Virus record (IMG/VR): IMGVR_UViG_3300025534_000029 | Span: 1-29,984 of that record | Length of the DNA stretch: 29,984 nt | Strand: one strand, 5' to 3' | DNA from: a virus | Lineage: Duplodnaviria > Caudoviricetes | In this document: piece by piece, positions 8,386-18,802 of the stretch | Layout: every line of letters begins with the position of its first letter | How positions within the stretch are numbered: position 1 is the first letter of the stretch | The notes under the pieces: generated by a model | What the model saw: only the letters and a program-made list of their open reading frames with translations | The model's database searches: none | What the model was told of the DNA's origin: nothing | Program-made: the position numbers and the translations under genes

Positions 8386-11300
8386 ATGGCGGAAGAAACA
8401 CTTGGAAATCTCATTGTTCGTGTTGGGTTAGATGGAGCGAGTTTTGATAAGGGGCTTAAAAATATTAATGCTCGCATGCAATTAGTTAGAAGTGAATTAA
8501 AAGCTTCATCTTCATCTTTTGATAATTTTGGGAAAACAGTTGATAGCTTACGCGCAAAGCAAGACAACTTGGCAAAAATTTATCAACTGCAAGGTCAGCG
8601 CGTTCAACAGCTAAAGAAACAATATGACGAATTAGTGAAAGCGCACGGGGCTGAATCTGATGCGGCATTAAATGCCGGAAAACGTTTAAATAATGCAATT
8701 GCTTACTATAATAAACTAGGCAAGGAATTAGATAGTGTAAAGCAAGAATTACAAGAATTAGAGAAAAAAACAGCCTATCAGTCATCTGTTTGGGGAAAAG
8801 CAGAAAAGGCTTTATCGTCTTTTCAGCAAAAAGCGAATAGAACGAGCGAGACGCTAAAAACAATCGGAGAAAATTTAACAGCGAAAGTATCAGCTCCATT
8901 GGCTACACTCGGTGGATTTGCTCTAAAAACAGCTGTTGATTTTCAAAAGTCTCAAGGAAAGATGCAAGCAGCTCTTGGATTGACAGCTGAACAAACAAAA
9001 GAATTGAACGAAGTGGCTAAAAATGTATGGCGTGAAGGCTTTGGCGAAAGCCTAGATGATGTAACAAATGCTATTACTAGAGTATACCAGACAATGGGTA
9101 ATCTTCCAAAAAAAGAAATGGAAGAGGTTACAAAAGCTGCGTTTACGCTATCAGAGGTTTTTGATGCAGATGTAAATGAATCAACGAGAGCTGCGGCGCA
9201 ACTAATGCAACAATTCGGAGTATCCGGCACAGAAGCAATGGATATGATTACCGTAGCGTTTCAACGTGGCGGGAACTATTCTGATGAACTTTTGGATACC
9301 ATCAGCGAATATTCTACTCAATTCGCTAATATGGGATTTTCCGCAGAACAGATGATGGGAATGCTTATCTCAGGTGCCGAAAGTGGCATCTGGTCAATGG
9401 ATAAGCTTGCAGATTCTGTGAAAGAAAGCTTCTTACAAATTACAGACGGTTCTGAAAATACGAAAGAAGCATTGAAAGAATTAGGTCTTGATTACAATCA
9501 AATAACATCTGACATTCAATCCGGCGGAGATAAAGCGAACGCTGCGTTTATGGCTGTCATGACAGCTCTATCTAAAGTTAGCGATGAAGCTGATAGGAAT
9601 AGATTAGCTATTGAATTGATGGGAACTCCACTTGAAGATTTGGGGCCTCAGTATCAAGAATTTTTTGCACAAGCCGGAGAAGGAATGACAGATTTTCAAG
9701 GTGCGGCAAAAGATGCAGGAAAAGCTATTCGTGATAATTTAGGAACAAGAGTCCAAAAAGATTTACGAAAATTATCAGAAGCATTACTACCACTAGGTGA
9801 AGTAATGCTTAATGAAATTGAGCCTGCATTGGATAAGGGTATTAATTATATAGAACGCTTTACTGAGTGGTTGGAAAATCTATCTCCAGCAAGCAGAAAA
9901 GCGATAGTAGCTCTGCTTGGCATTGTTGCGGCAGCAGGACCATTAGGCATTGCGTTTAGTTTTATTTCAAAAGGTATTGGTTCCATCACTAAATTAATAG
10001 CAGGCGGTATTAAATATTTCGGTAATTTTAAAACAAATTTAACAACGACAACTAAGAATGCTGACCTATTAGGTAAAAGCGCAAATACAACTGGTAAAGC
10101 ACTACAAACTATAGGCACTAGTTCAGTTAAAACAACAGGAAAAATAATGAATTTTGGTGGGAAAATTTTAGGGTTAACTAAAAATATTAGTGGTCTATCT
10201 AAGATAGCTGGTATCGCTCGGTTTGGTTTGGGCGCTCTAGGTGGTCCATTGGGATTACTAGCAACTACAGCTATCCCACTTTTGATTCAAGGTGGCACAA
10301 AACTATATAAACATTTAAAAGAAGAAAACATACCAGCTATCAAAGACTTTGGAGATAAAGTTTCAGAATCTACTACTAAATCAGTTTTGGCATACAAAGA
10401 TTTAAATGATCAAGCAACAGCACAATTAAATCAATTAAGTTGGTCAGGACAAACTGTTTCAAAAGAAATTTACAATAATTTGACAAGTACTTTTAGTCAA
10501 ATGGGGAATCAAATTGCGGATAGTTTGAAGCAAGGATTTGATAAAAGTTATCAAAATTTAAGTTCATTTTTGTCAAATAGCAAAACATTATCACAGCAGG
10601 AACAGCAAGAGATTCTAAATAATGTAAAAAGCAAATATAACGAACAACAGCAGGCAGTTCAGGAAGCGCAAAATAGAATCAAACAAATTTTAGAAACAGC
10701 AAAAAATGAAAAGCGTGCATTGACCGAGCAAGAAAAGAACGAAATCAACCGAATTCAGCAACAAATGATGAATGTTGCTGTCCAAACCATGTCAAAGAGT
10801 GAACAGGAACAAAAAGTGATTTTGGAACGCCTGCGGCAAGAATCAGGGAATATTACTGCCAGACAAGCGGCAGAAACTGTCCAAAATAGCTTAAAAGCCA
10901 AAAATGGAGCGGTTAAAGAGGCGAATGATAAATATAACAAAACAGTTGCAGCTATTATCCGTGAACGTGATCAAACAGGATCCATTTCAAAGCAACAAGC
11001 CGACAAACTAATTAAAGAGGCAAAAAGACAGCGTGATGAAGCAATCAAAAGAGCAGAAGAAATGCATCAAAACGTTGTAGACCGAGCAAAGAAACAAGCA
11101 AAAGGGCAAGTTGATGAAATTGATTGGAGTACCGGACAAGTATTGACCAAGTGGGACAAAATGGTTCGTGGCGTTGCAAAAGCAGTTAATACAATTAGTG
11201 GTGGCATCAATTGGGTACTTGATAAAATCGGTCTAGATAAATATAAAATTCCAACATGGAAACCAAAAGGATATGCTAAAGGAACTCCATCCAGCGGACA

Positions 11301-12465
11301 TCCAGGTGGACCAGCTATTGTTGGTGAGAAAGGTCCAGAATTAGCATATATACCAGGAAAAGGAACAACTTTACTCGGAACTCAAGGAGCTGAATTTCAC
11401 CCCAATCTACCACGTGGTACAGCCGTGTTGCCGAATAAGGAGACAGAAAAAGTCCTAAAATCATATGGTTTTCCTGGTTATGCGAATGGGATTGGCGATT
11501 TCTTTAGCTTGGCATTGTCTGGTGCTGGCAAACTAATGGATAAAGTTTGGAAGATGTTTAAGCCATCCATTTCAGGTGTAGGTGGAACTTTAAAAACCTT
11601 AGGTGATGGGATTATCTCACTTTTAAAAGATAAGTCTCTTGATTTTATTAAGAAAAAGATTGATGATTTTTTCTCTTTTGACGGTTTGTCCGGTAATAAA
11701 AATGTTCAAGCATGGATTGCATCGGCTGTTAGAATTACAGGTGTTCCAACATCTTGGATTAAACCATTAGTAACTATTGCGATGAAAGAGTCAGGAGGGA
11801 ATCCCAGAGCAATTAACCTCTGGGATTCTAATGCGAAAGCAGGTAGAGCATCAAGAGGACTGATGCAAACTATTCCATCCACATTTAATGCTTATAAACT
11901 TCCGGGATTGGACGATATCTGGAATCCTATTCATAATGCAGTTGCGGCAATTCGATATATCAAAGCTCGTTATGGAACGGTATTCAATGTACCTGGAATC
12001 AAGAATTTAGCAAAAGGATTGCGCTACGTTGGGTATGCAAAAGGAACTAACTACCATCCTGGTGGATTAGCAATGGTTGGTGAAGAAGGGGAAGAACTTG
12101 CCTACATCCCGCGGAAAGGATTGGCTTTGGTTGGTGTAGGCGGACCAACATTGATGCGTCTGCCAGCCGGAACGTCTATTCTACCGCATGACGAAACAAA
12201 AGAATTTTTGAGATTTTGGGTTCCGGGTTATGCGGATGGAGTTGGCGATTACTTTAGAAGCAGTTCATTTACCAACCAAAACACAAACATTGCGGAAGCG
12301 ATCGCCCAAAGTATTGTAAAAGCATTGTCTGAATCACCACTTCAAATTTTGATCGAAAACATAACCAATTTAGATAGTCGGACAATCGCAAGAGAAACTC
12401 ATGAAATAGTCACTGAATTCCAAGAGTTTACGCGGCAGAGGAAGAATCGGTTTAAAAAGGGGTGA
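8386..12465 (+). CDS. Tape measure protein with C-terminal lytic transglycosylase (SLT) domain
   Basis: 1359 aa, helical; ESGGNPRAIN...GLMQ...NP..NAVAAIRY. Confidence 0.96.
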   Translation: MAEETLGNLIVRVGLDGASFDKGLKNINARMQLVRSELKASSSSFDNFGKTVDSLRAKQDNLAKIYQLQGQRVQQLKKQYDELVKAHGAESDAALNAGKRLNNAIAYYNKLGKELDSVKQELQELEKKTAYQSSVWGKAEKALSSFQQKANRTSETLKTIGENLTAKVSAPLATLGGFALKTAVDFQKSQGKMQAALGLTAEQTKELNEVAKNVWREGFGESLDDVTNAITRVYQTMGNLPKKEMEEVTKAAFTLSEVFDADVNESTRAAAQLMQQFGVSGTEAMDMITVAFQRGGNYSDELLDTISEYSTQFANMGFSAEQMMGMLISGAESGIWSMDKLADSVKESFLQITDGSENTKEALKELGLDYNQITSDIQSGGDKANAAFMAVMTALSKVSDEADRNRLAIELMGTPLEDLGPQYQEFFAQAGEGMTDFQGAAKDAGKAIRDNLGTRVQKDLRKLSEALLPLGEVMLNEIEPALDKGINYIERFTEWLENLSPASRKAIVALLGIVAAAGPLGIAFSFISKGIGSITKLIAGGIKYFGNFKTNLTTTTKNADLLGKSANTTGKALQTIGTSSVKTTGKIMNFGGKILGLTKNISGLSKIAGIARFGLGALGGPLGLLATTAIPLLIQGGTKLYKHLKEENIPAIKDFGDKVSESTTKSVLAYKDLNDQATAQLNQLSWSGQTVSKEIYNNLTSTFSQMGNQIADSLKQGFDKSYQNLSSFLSNSKTLSQQEQQEILNNVKSKYNEQQQAVQEAQNRIKQILETAKNEKRALTEQEKNEINRIQQQMMNVAVQTMSKSEQEQKVILERLRQESGNITARQAAETVQNSLKAKNGAVKEANDKYNKTVAAIIRERDQTGSISKQQADKLIKEAKRQRDEAIKRAEEMHQNVVDRAKKQAKGQVDEIDWSTGQVLTKWDKMVRGVAKAVNTISGGINWVLDKIGLDKYKIPTWKPKGYAKGTPSSGHPGGPAIVGEKGPELAYIPGKGTTLLGTQGAEFHPNLPRGTAVLPNKETEKVLKSYGFPGYANGIGDFFSLALSGAGKLMDKVWKMFKPSISGVGGTLKTLGDGIISLLKDKSLDFIKKKIDDFFSFDGLSGNKNVQAWIASAVRITGVPTSWIKPLVTIAMKESGGNPRAINLWDSNAKAGRASRGLMQTIPSTFNAYKLPGLDDIWNPIHNAVAAIRYIKARYGTVFNVPGIKNLAKGLRYVGYAKGTNYHPGGLAMVGEEGEELAYIPRKGLALVGVGGPTLMRLPAGTSILPHDETKEFLRFWVPGYADGVGDYFRSSSFTNQNTNIAEAIAQSIVKALSESPLQILIENITNLDSRTIARETHEIVTEFQEFTRQRKNRFKKG
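11269..12255 (+). repeat. Two copies of a ~75-aa module flanking the SLT domain (11269-11505 and 12031-12255)
   Basis: GYAKGT..HPGG.A.VGE.G.ELAYIP.KG..L.G..G....LP.GT..LP..ET...PGYA.G.GD.F occurs twice. Confidence 0.85.
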
Positions 12466-12469
12466 GTGA

Positions 12470-13924
12470 ATGAGTTTTTCTTTTAACGGTGAAACGAGAG
12501 ACTATTTAACAGTGTTACGTGGAAGAAAACGCAGTGCGTGGGCACCGAGAAGTTTGAACCTCCTAACCGTCCCGCGCAAACCGGGTGCCTACCTGCAAGG
12601 AGTGGAAACATCTGTACGTGAAATTGAAGTGCCGATCGGATTGGTTGCGAAAAATATCGGTGACTTACAAAAGTTAAAGGAAGACTTAGCAGGGTGGTTA
12701 GTGACCGATGAGCCGAAAGAACTGATCTTTGAAGATGAGCCTGACCGCGTGTATTATGCGATTGTTGACGAAACGCCCGATTTTGAGGAGATCGTGCGGA
12801 TTGGACAAGGAACCATTCGGTTTATCTGCCCCGACCCTTATAAATACGGAACTGAAAAAGAAGCCATTTTCCCGTCAGACGTTGTTTCGTTGAATTATAA
12901 CGGAACAGCGCCGGGTGATCCGGTTTTTGAGCTGGAAGCAACACAACCGGTCACTTTCGCAATGATTCAAAACCAAAACGAAGAGTACATGATGATCGGG
13001 AAGCCGGCAGATGCGGAACAAACAACCGTCAACACACGAACGCTTATTTTAGATGAGAGAGGCGAAACGCTTGACACGTGGTCAAGTTCACCAACACAAA
13101 TTGACGCAGTAGACGCAGTAGTCACAGGGTCATTTGGCACTGATGGTGTCGGAATTACTGTCGCCAGTTATGGAACAGGCGAGAATTGGCACGGTCCGGC
13201 ACTAATTAAAGAAGTGCCTGTTACGCAAGATTTTGAGGTAGAAATGCTCTGCGAGGCTCAAACAAATCGCGTTAATGAGACGTTTCGTATTGAATTTTAT
13301 CTATTCGACGAATCAATGAATGTTATAGGAAAAATGAATATTTGGGATAATAGCATAGATTTATATCGAATTGAAGCAGAGGGTCGATACGGGCCTTTTG
13401 TCGATACTTTTGTTCACTATGTAATAAGTGGAAAAAACTATCAATTTAGAAATTGGGATTACTATCGTGGAGTTATTCGGATGAGGCGAGAAGGGAATAC
13501 ATTCGAATTTTATACCGCACGAATCAACGACAAAGGAACCCATTATTACACATTGAAGTTGCCTTACGTCGATTCGGCGGGGGAATATTTAGGGCGACTG
13601 AAATACGTTCAAATTCACATTGGTACGTTCGGTTCGACTGGGTACCCCGGTCAATTGGGAGGTTCTTTTGCGCGAATTAATCGCATCCGGGCATACGCTT
13701 TACAAAAAGCAACGGCCGATCAAACCCCGTATATCGCTTATCCCGGAGACGTTATCACGTTTGATCATATAACAAAAGATATCTTGATCAACGGAGAAAG
13801 TCGAAAAGATTTGAAAGATTTTGGGGCAAGGTTTTTCAAATTACAAAAGGGTCAAAACACATTTGTTGTTATGCCTTCAAACTCACTCGCTGTTCGGACT
13901 AGATTCCGAGAACGTTTCTTATAG
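12470..13924 (+). CDS. Distal tail protein (Dit), enlarged form with inserted beta-rich domain
   Basis: SFSFNG, ELIFEDEPDRVYYA, FICPDPYKYG; 484 aa. Confidence 0.88.
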   Translation: MSFSFNGETRDYLTVLRGRKRSAWAPRSLNLLTVPRKPGAYLQGVETSVREIEVPIGLVAKNIGDLQKLKEDLAGWLVTDEPKELIFEDEPDRVYYAIVDETPDFEEIVRIGQGTIRFICPDPYKYGTEKEAIFPSDVVSLNYNGTAPGDPVFELEATQPVTFAMIQNQNEEYMMIGKPADAEQTTVNTRTLILDERGETLDTWSSSPTQIDAVDAVVTGSFGTDGVGITVASYGTGENWHGPALIKEVPVTQDFEVEMLCEAQTNRVNETFRIEFYLFDESMNVIGKMNIWDNSIDLYRIEAEGRYGPFVDTFVHYVISGKNYQFRNWDYYRGVIRMRREGNTFEFYTARINDKGTHYYTLKLPYVDSAGEYLGRLKYVQIHIGTFGSTGYPGQLGGSFARINRIRAYALQKATADQTPYIAYPGDVITFDHITKDILINGESRKDLKDFGARFFKLQKGQNTFVVMPSNSLAVRTRFRERFL

Positions 13925-13935
13925 GGGGTGATATT

Positions 13936-16900
13936 TTGATACACATTACCGATTCGCAAACAGACAGGATTCTTGATGTTATAGACGAAGATGAATTTTG
14001 GGAAGACAAGCATTACAAGTCTTTGAAAGATACCCTTGAAACGTTCGATTTTGTAACGTTTGCTGATAAGCGATTTTCTGAACATCTAGCAAAGAGAAAT
14101 CGTATCATCATTCCCGATGAGGACGGAAAATATGTTGAATTTGTGATCGAGAACACACGGAAATACCGTGATTCGAACGGTGGTTTGTATATCGAAGTCT
14201 ACACAAGTGCAACATACATTGAGCTGACAAAAGCGAAAGTCATCAAACCGCAAACATTGTCAGACCAAACCGTTTCAACTGCCGTCAGTCACGCTATTGG
14301 CGGAACTGAATGGGAAGCCGGCACAATAGCGAATGTTGGAACGAGAACATTTGTTATAGAAGAACACACGAACCCTTATTCGTTTTTGAAACGTATTGCA
14401 AGCGAATTTGATCTTGAACTGCATTTCCGTGTAGAAGTGGACGGAAACAAAGTCGTTCGTCGTTATGTTGATCTTGTCGAACGTGTCGGCATGTGGCGCG
14501 GACGTGAGGTTGAATTCGGGAAAGACCTGATCGGTATTGAACGAAAAGAAGACTTCTCGAATATTGTCACTGCATTGATCGGACTTGGTCCCGAAAGAGA
14601 GAACGGCACACGACTAGAGGTTTTCGTCGAGGACAAAGACGCACTCGCACGTTGGGGTCGAAACGGACAACACCTTATCGAAGTGTATGAACCGGAATCA
14701 ACCGACCAAACCATGACGGAAGAACGATTGCGTGAACTGACGCAAAACGAACTTGAAAAGCGCATAAACTCGATAGTTGAGTACACAGCCGACATTGCCG
14801 ACTTGGAAAAAGTGCCGGGCTTGGAGCATGAAAAGATAAGGTTCGGAGATACGATCAAGATTAAGGACACGGGATTCAACCCACCGCTATATCTTGAAGC
14901 CCGTGTTCATACAATCGAAAGAAGCATCAAAAAGAACGGCTATAAAACCGTCACACTCGGTGACTATATCGAGTACACGGAAGAGCAAGTTTTCGCAATT
15001 TGGAAGTCGCTAAAAGCTGAGATCGCGAAAAAAGTTTCGTTATCCGACGTGATGGAAGTTACGTACACCAAAACGGAGATTGACGACAAAGACGCGGGTG
15101 TGTACCAAGACAGCACGCAATATTCAGACGTCATATCGGAGACGAAAAAACAGGAAGCAATTCAAGTTGCTGCGGAGGATGCGACAGAAAAGGCAAATCA
15201 AGCCAAACAGGAAGCAGTTGAGCAGGCTGAATCCATTGCGGAACAAAAAAAGCAGCTGGCGATTCAAGCGGCTATTGCGGATGCTGAGACAAAGATAAAT
15301 GCAGCAAAAACAGCACTTGAAGCTGATATTGCAACTAAGGTTGATGCGCAGTGGGTAAACGGCCAGCTTGTGTTAAAAGAAAACGCAATTACAAAATCCA
15401 ACACAGCGCCGGTAAACCCAACGGTAGGTCAATTGTGGGTAGACACATCTATAACGCCAAACGTTTTGAAGCGTTGGAGCGGAAGCGCATGGGTGAAAGC
15501 AAGCCCAACAAGTGCGGGAGAGGTTGGAGCATACACAAAAACAGAAGTGGATAATGCGCTAAACTCGAAAGTCTCGGTAACTCAATATAACACGGACATG
15601 AACGGTGTAATCACGAGACTAGACAGCGCAGAAAGCCGTATAACTCAAACAGAAAATGAAATTGCAACAAAAGTCAGCAACACGACATATCAGCAAGATA
15701 AAGCGGCTTTAGAAAACGACATTTCTGCGCTAGAAACCCGCATGACAAACGCTGAAACATCCATCACGCAAAACGCTAATCAGATTGCTCTAAAGGCTAA
15801 CAAAACAGACGTTTATACAAAGACCGAGATTGACGGTCAGTTTAGCACCGTCAATCAGCAAATCTCTCAATTGAATGCAGAATTGAGTGTGCAAGCTGGG
15901 GAGATTGCGACGAAAGTTTCAAAGACAGAGTTTGAGAGTTTGCAGATTGGTGGTAGAAACTTACTAAGAAATACCGACTTTAGAAGCGGTTCGTCCTACT
16001 GGATATTAAATAACGCTACAATTACTCCTAATTTATATAAAGGTTATACAGGATTGACTAAACCTGTGCCCACGTCAGGTGTGAATGACACATATGCAGA
16101 TTTCTTAGCCGAACCTAACGTTCAATATACGCTTAGTTTTTATGCGAAAGGTAAATTTCAAGCCTTTTTGATTCCTATGAAGAGTGAGGCTCCAGGATGG
16201 AATCCAACAGACAATTATCATGACAATCGTATTTTTGTTGATTCTCAAACAGATTTTACCTTAATAACTAAAACTACACTTGTTACTCCTCCTGACACTA
16301 AGCGTATAAGAGTGATTTTTAGAACAGAGGCAGGAAATCCATCTATTGTTTATATTGCTTTACCTAAAGTTGAAAAAGGCAACCGCGCCACAGACTGGAC
16401 GCCAGCGACGGAAGACGTGCAAGGTCAAATCGACAGTCTCGGAACACGCGTGAACAGTGCCGAAACCTCCATCACGCAATTGTCAAATCAAATACAACTC
16501 AAAGCGAACCAGTCGACTGTTGATACGTTGGCGAATCGTATTAGCAGCGCTGAATCGACACTAACGATCCATACGAATCAGATTGCAAGTAAAGTAAGCC
16601 AAACTGATTTTAACGGCAATACAATAGCATCACTCATCAACCAAACCGCAACTACTATAAAGCTTCTGGCTGAACGAATAGAATTTGCCGGTCATGTTTT
16701 TGGAGAAGATGCAACATTCAGCGGAAACATAGAGGTTAGGAAAACAGTCGATAATCAAGTGTTTGACAATATGTTTAATGGTGATGAATTTCGATTTGTA
16801 AAATTTAAAAAAGGTATAACGAACCCAAATACTAAAAACATCGATTTATCTCAAGTTGAAAATATGGCAAAAATCTTTTATGACGGTGTCGCTTTCGCAA

Positions 16901-17712
16901 ATTCAAGTCAGTCTATGGGTTTAGGATTGAGCGGCATTACTCATAGTGGTCTTCTGAACGTGTATGCGAATCGGATTGCGATGAGCGCAGTTTCAGCGGT
17001 AGAAATTACGTCGCCTGTTAGTATTTGGGGAAATACAGATGTTTGGGGATCGCTTACAGCCGACACTCTGAAATCCAGAGATACTATTGAGTTCGGGGCA
17101 GACGGTAGGTTGGTGAATGATGGGGTAACGTCATGGATTCAAGGCAATGAAATAAGGGCTACGAAATACAAAACATCGGCAGACTATGTAAATTTTAGAG
17201 CAAACTGGGTATACGCGGAGTCTTTGGATATAAATACTGGGGTAAATTTGTATATCAGACCCACAAGTAGCGGGAATTTGAGAGTGACCGCTACAGGAAC
17301 AACTAACAATTGGAGACCAGTTGAAGCGGGGGGATTTGAAAACAGATCGCAGGCAAGTATTAAACAGGATATTGAGTTATGGACCGGATCGGCGCTAAAC
17401 ATAATTAATCGGGCGCAGATTTACCAATATAGATTAAAAACAGATGTTGCAAACGGCATTGATAAGTTAAAATATAGCCTAGTCATCGGAGATGGATTTA
17501 ATACACCTGAAGAGTTTCTATCAGTGAGTGGTGAGTCTATAGATGTATATGTACAAACAAATATCAATACAAAAGCAATTCAAGAACTAGACTATAAAAT
17601 CAATGATAACAAAGACGAGATTGAATGGCTTAAACTCGAAAATCAATATCTCAAGCAAAAAGTTTCTTTATTAGAATCAAGAATTCAAGAACTGGAGGCG
17701 AAAATGGCATGA
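13936..17712 (+). CDS. Tal-like tail spike/fibre: N-terminal hub, coiled-coil repeats, carbohydrate-binding-like module, C-terminal S74-like chaperone
   Basis: IVTALIGLG, FGDTI; YTKTE(I/V)D and R..SAE..ITQ repeats; IGGRNLL...KVEKGNRATDWTPA; SQASIKQDI followed by coiled coil. Confidence 0.88.
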   Translation: MIHITDSQTDRILDVIDEDEFWEDKHYKSLKDTLETFDFVTFADKRFSEHLAKRNRIIIPDEDGKYVEFVIENTRKYRDSNGGLYIEVYTSATYIELTKAKVIKPQTLSDQTVSTAVSHAIGGTEWEAGTIANVGTRTFVIEEHTNPYSFLKRIASEFDLELHFRVEVDGNKVVRRYVDLVERVGMWRGREVEFGKDLIGIERKEDFSNIVTALIGLGPERENGTRLEVFVEDKDALARWGRNGQHLIEVYEPESTDQTMTEERLRELTQNELEKRINSIVEYTADIADLEKVPGLEHEKIRFGDTIKIKDTGFNPPLYLEARVHTIERSIKKNGYKTVTLGDYIEYTEEQVFAIWKSLKAEIAKKVSLSDVMEVTYTKTEIDDKDAGVYQDSTQYSDVISETKKQEAIQVAAEDATEKANQAKQEAVEQAESIAEQKKQLAIQAAIADAETKINAAKTALEADIATKVDAQWVNGQLVLKENAITKSNTAPVNPTVGQLWVDTSITPNVLKRWSGSAWVKASPTSAGEVGAYTKTEVDNALNSKVSVTQYNTDMNGVITRLDSAESRITQTENEIATKVSNTTYQQDKAALENDISALETRMTNAETSITQNANQIALKANKTDVYTKTEIDGQFSTVNQQISQLNAELSVQAGEIATKVSKTEFESLQIGGRNLLRNTDFRSGSSYWILNNATITPNLYKGYTGLTKPVPTSGVNDTYADFLAEPNVQYTLSFYAKGKFQAFLIPMKSEAPGWNPTDNYHDNRIFVDSQTDFTLITKTTLVTPPDTKRIRVIFRTEAGNPSIVYIALPKVEKGNRATDWTPATEDVQGQIDSLGTRVNSAETSITQLSNQIQLKANQSTVDTLANRISSAESTLTIHTNQIASKVSQTDFNGNTIASLINQTATTIKLLAERIEFAGHVFGEDATFSGNIEVRKTVDNQVFDNMFNGDEFRFVKFKKGITNPNTKNIDLSQVENMAKIFYDGVAFANSSQSMGLGLSGITHSGLLNVYANRIAMSAVSAVEITSPVSIWGNTDVWGSLTADTLKSRDTIEFGADGRLVNDGVTSWIQGNEIRATKYKTSADYVNFRANWVYAESLDINTGVNLYIRPTSSGNLRVTATGTTNNWRPVEAGGFENRSQASIKQDIELWTGSALNIINRAQIYQYRLKTDVANGIDKLKYSLVIGDGFNTPEEFLSVSGESIDVYVQTNINTKAIQELDYKINDNKDEIEWLKLENQYLKQKVSLLESRIQELEAKMA

Positions 17713-18143
17713 TTGTACGAATCGAAAATGGAAAATTAGCACAAGTTATTAATCTTCTATATGATTTACCTTTACGGGGGAAACAATCACGTTACCGTAC
17801 TAAATTTATAAAATTATTGAATGCTCAACTTGAAGAATATCGGCAAGATTTCGAGCAGCTGCTTAAGGAACATTGTCATCTGGATGAAAACGGTGAACCA
17901 ATTGTAAAAGACGACAACACATATGATGTCAAGGACGTCGAGGCATACCTCAAAGACAAAAAGGAACTGGATGAAGAGGTGTTTGTTATTGAGAGTGTAA
18001 GTAAACAAGACATGCTTAAGACGGTAAAAGAGATTTTGATGAACTGTGACCGCGAGTTCAGCGGACAAGAAGCAATGATATACGATTATATTTGTGAAAA
18101 ATTTGAGGAAGCTGAAAAAGAGGAAAAGAAGGGAGATAAATGA
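17709..18143 (+). CDS. Conserved phage protein after tail fibre (DUF1617-like)
   Basis: LRGKQSRYRTKFIKLL motif; ATGA overlap. Confidence 0.7.
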   Translation: MIVRIENGKLAQVINLLYDLPLRGKQSRYRTKFIKLLNAQLEEYRQDFEQLLKEHCHLDENGEPIVKDDNTYDVKDVEAYLKDKKELDEEVFVIESVSKQDMLKTVKEILMNCDREFSGQEAMIYDYICEKFEEAEKEEKKGDK

Positions 18144-18361
18144 TCATGAACATTCAAATTACCAACATTAATATTCATTATCAAGATGGCAATGTTGCTG
18201 GTGTACAAGTGTATTTCACGGGTAATGATGAGGAAAGAGCAATCAACTTGAATGGATATGTCCCGCTCACAGCAGAAGAATATGTCGGAAATGAAGCAAT
18301 CACAGAGTTATCGAAAATCGTAAGACAAAAAATTAATGAAAAATTAAACCCTGCTGAATAG
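18140..18361 (+). CDS. Small hypothetical phage protein
   Basis: RBS GGGAG, ATGA overlap, INLNGYVPLT. Confidence 0.75.
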   Translation: MIMNIQITNINIHYQDGNVAGVQVYFTGNDEERAINLNGYVPLTAEEYVGNEAITELSKIVRQKINEKLNPAE

Positions 18362-18376
18362 GTAGGGTTTTGTTTT
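18346..18376 (+). terminator. Probable terminator before the lysis cassette
   Basis: AAACCCTGC...GTAGGGTTT then TGTTTT. Confidence 0.6.
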
Positions 18377-18397
18377 GACTAAGAAAGGAGTATAAAA

Positions 18398-18802
18398 ATG
18401 GAGAACATCATTAAATATGCTTCAGCCGGAATCGGAGCAGTGATCTCATTTGCGTTTGGGGGATGGCATACATTGTTAAGTATCTTACTAGCATTCGTCG
18501 TAATAGATTACGTATCAGGATTTTTTGCAGCAGGAATTGAAGGAAAATTAAACAGCAGCACTGGAATGAAAGGGATCGCCAAAAAAGTGGCGGTCTTTTT
18601 TGTTGTTGCTGTTGCCCACATGATGGACGTTGCGCTAGGTTATGACGGCCATATTTTGCGTGATGCTACAATCTTTTTCTTTTTGGCAAACGAAGCGCTG
18701 TCTATCCTCGAAAACGCCGGGAGAATCGGTGTTCCGGTTCCGGGAGTGCTCAAAAAAGCTATCAACATTTTGAACGAAAAAAGCGAAGGAGAGGGTAAAT
18801 GA
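18398..18802 (+). CDS. Holin (toxin secretion/phage lysis holin family)
   Basis: FGGW, IDYVSG, LANEALSILEN.GRIGVPVP; transmembrane segments. Confidence 0.95.
   Translation: MENIIKYASAGIGAVISFAFGGWHTLLSILLAFVVIDYVSGFFAAGIEGKLNSSTGMKGIAKKVAVFFVVAVAHMMDVALGYDGHILRDATIFFFLANEALSILENAGRIGVPVPGVLKKAINILNEKSEGEGK

Noticed and set aside
13103-13120. GACGCAGTA tandem duplication in Dit
   Set aside because: A 9-bp in-frame duplication with no evident significance
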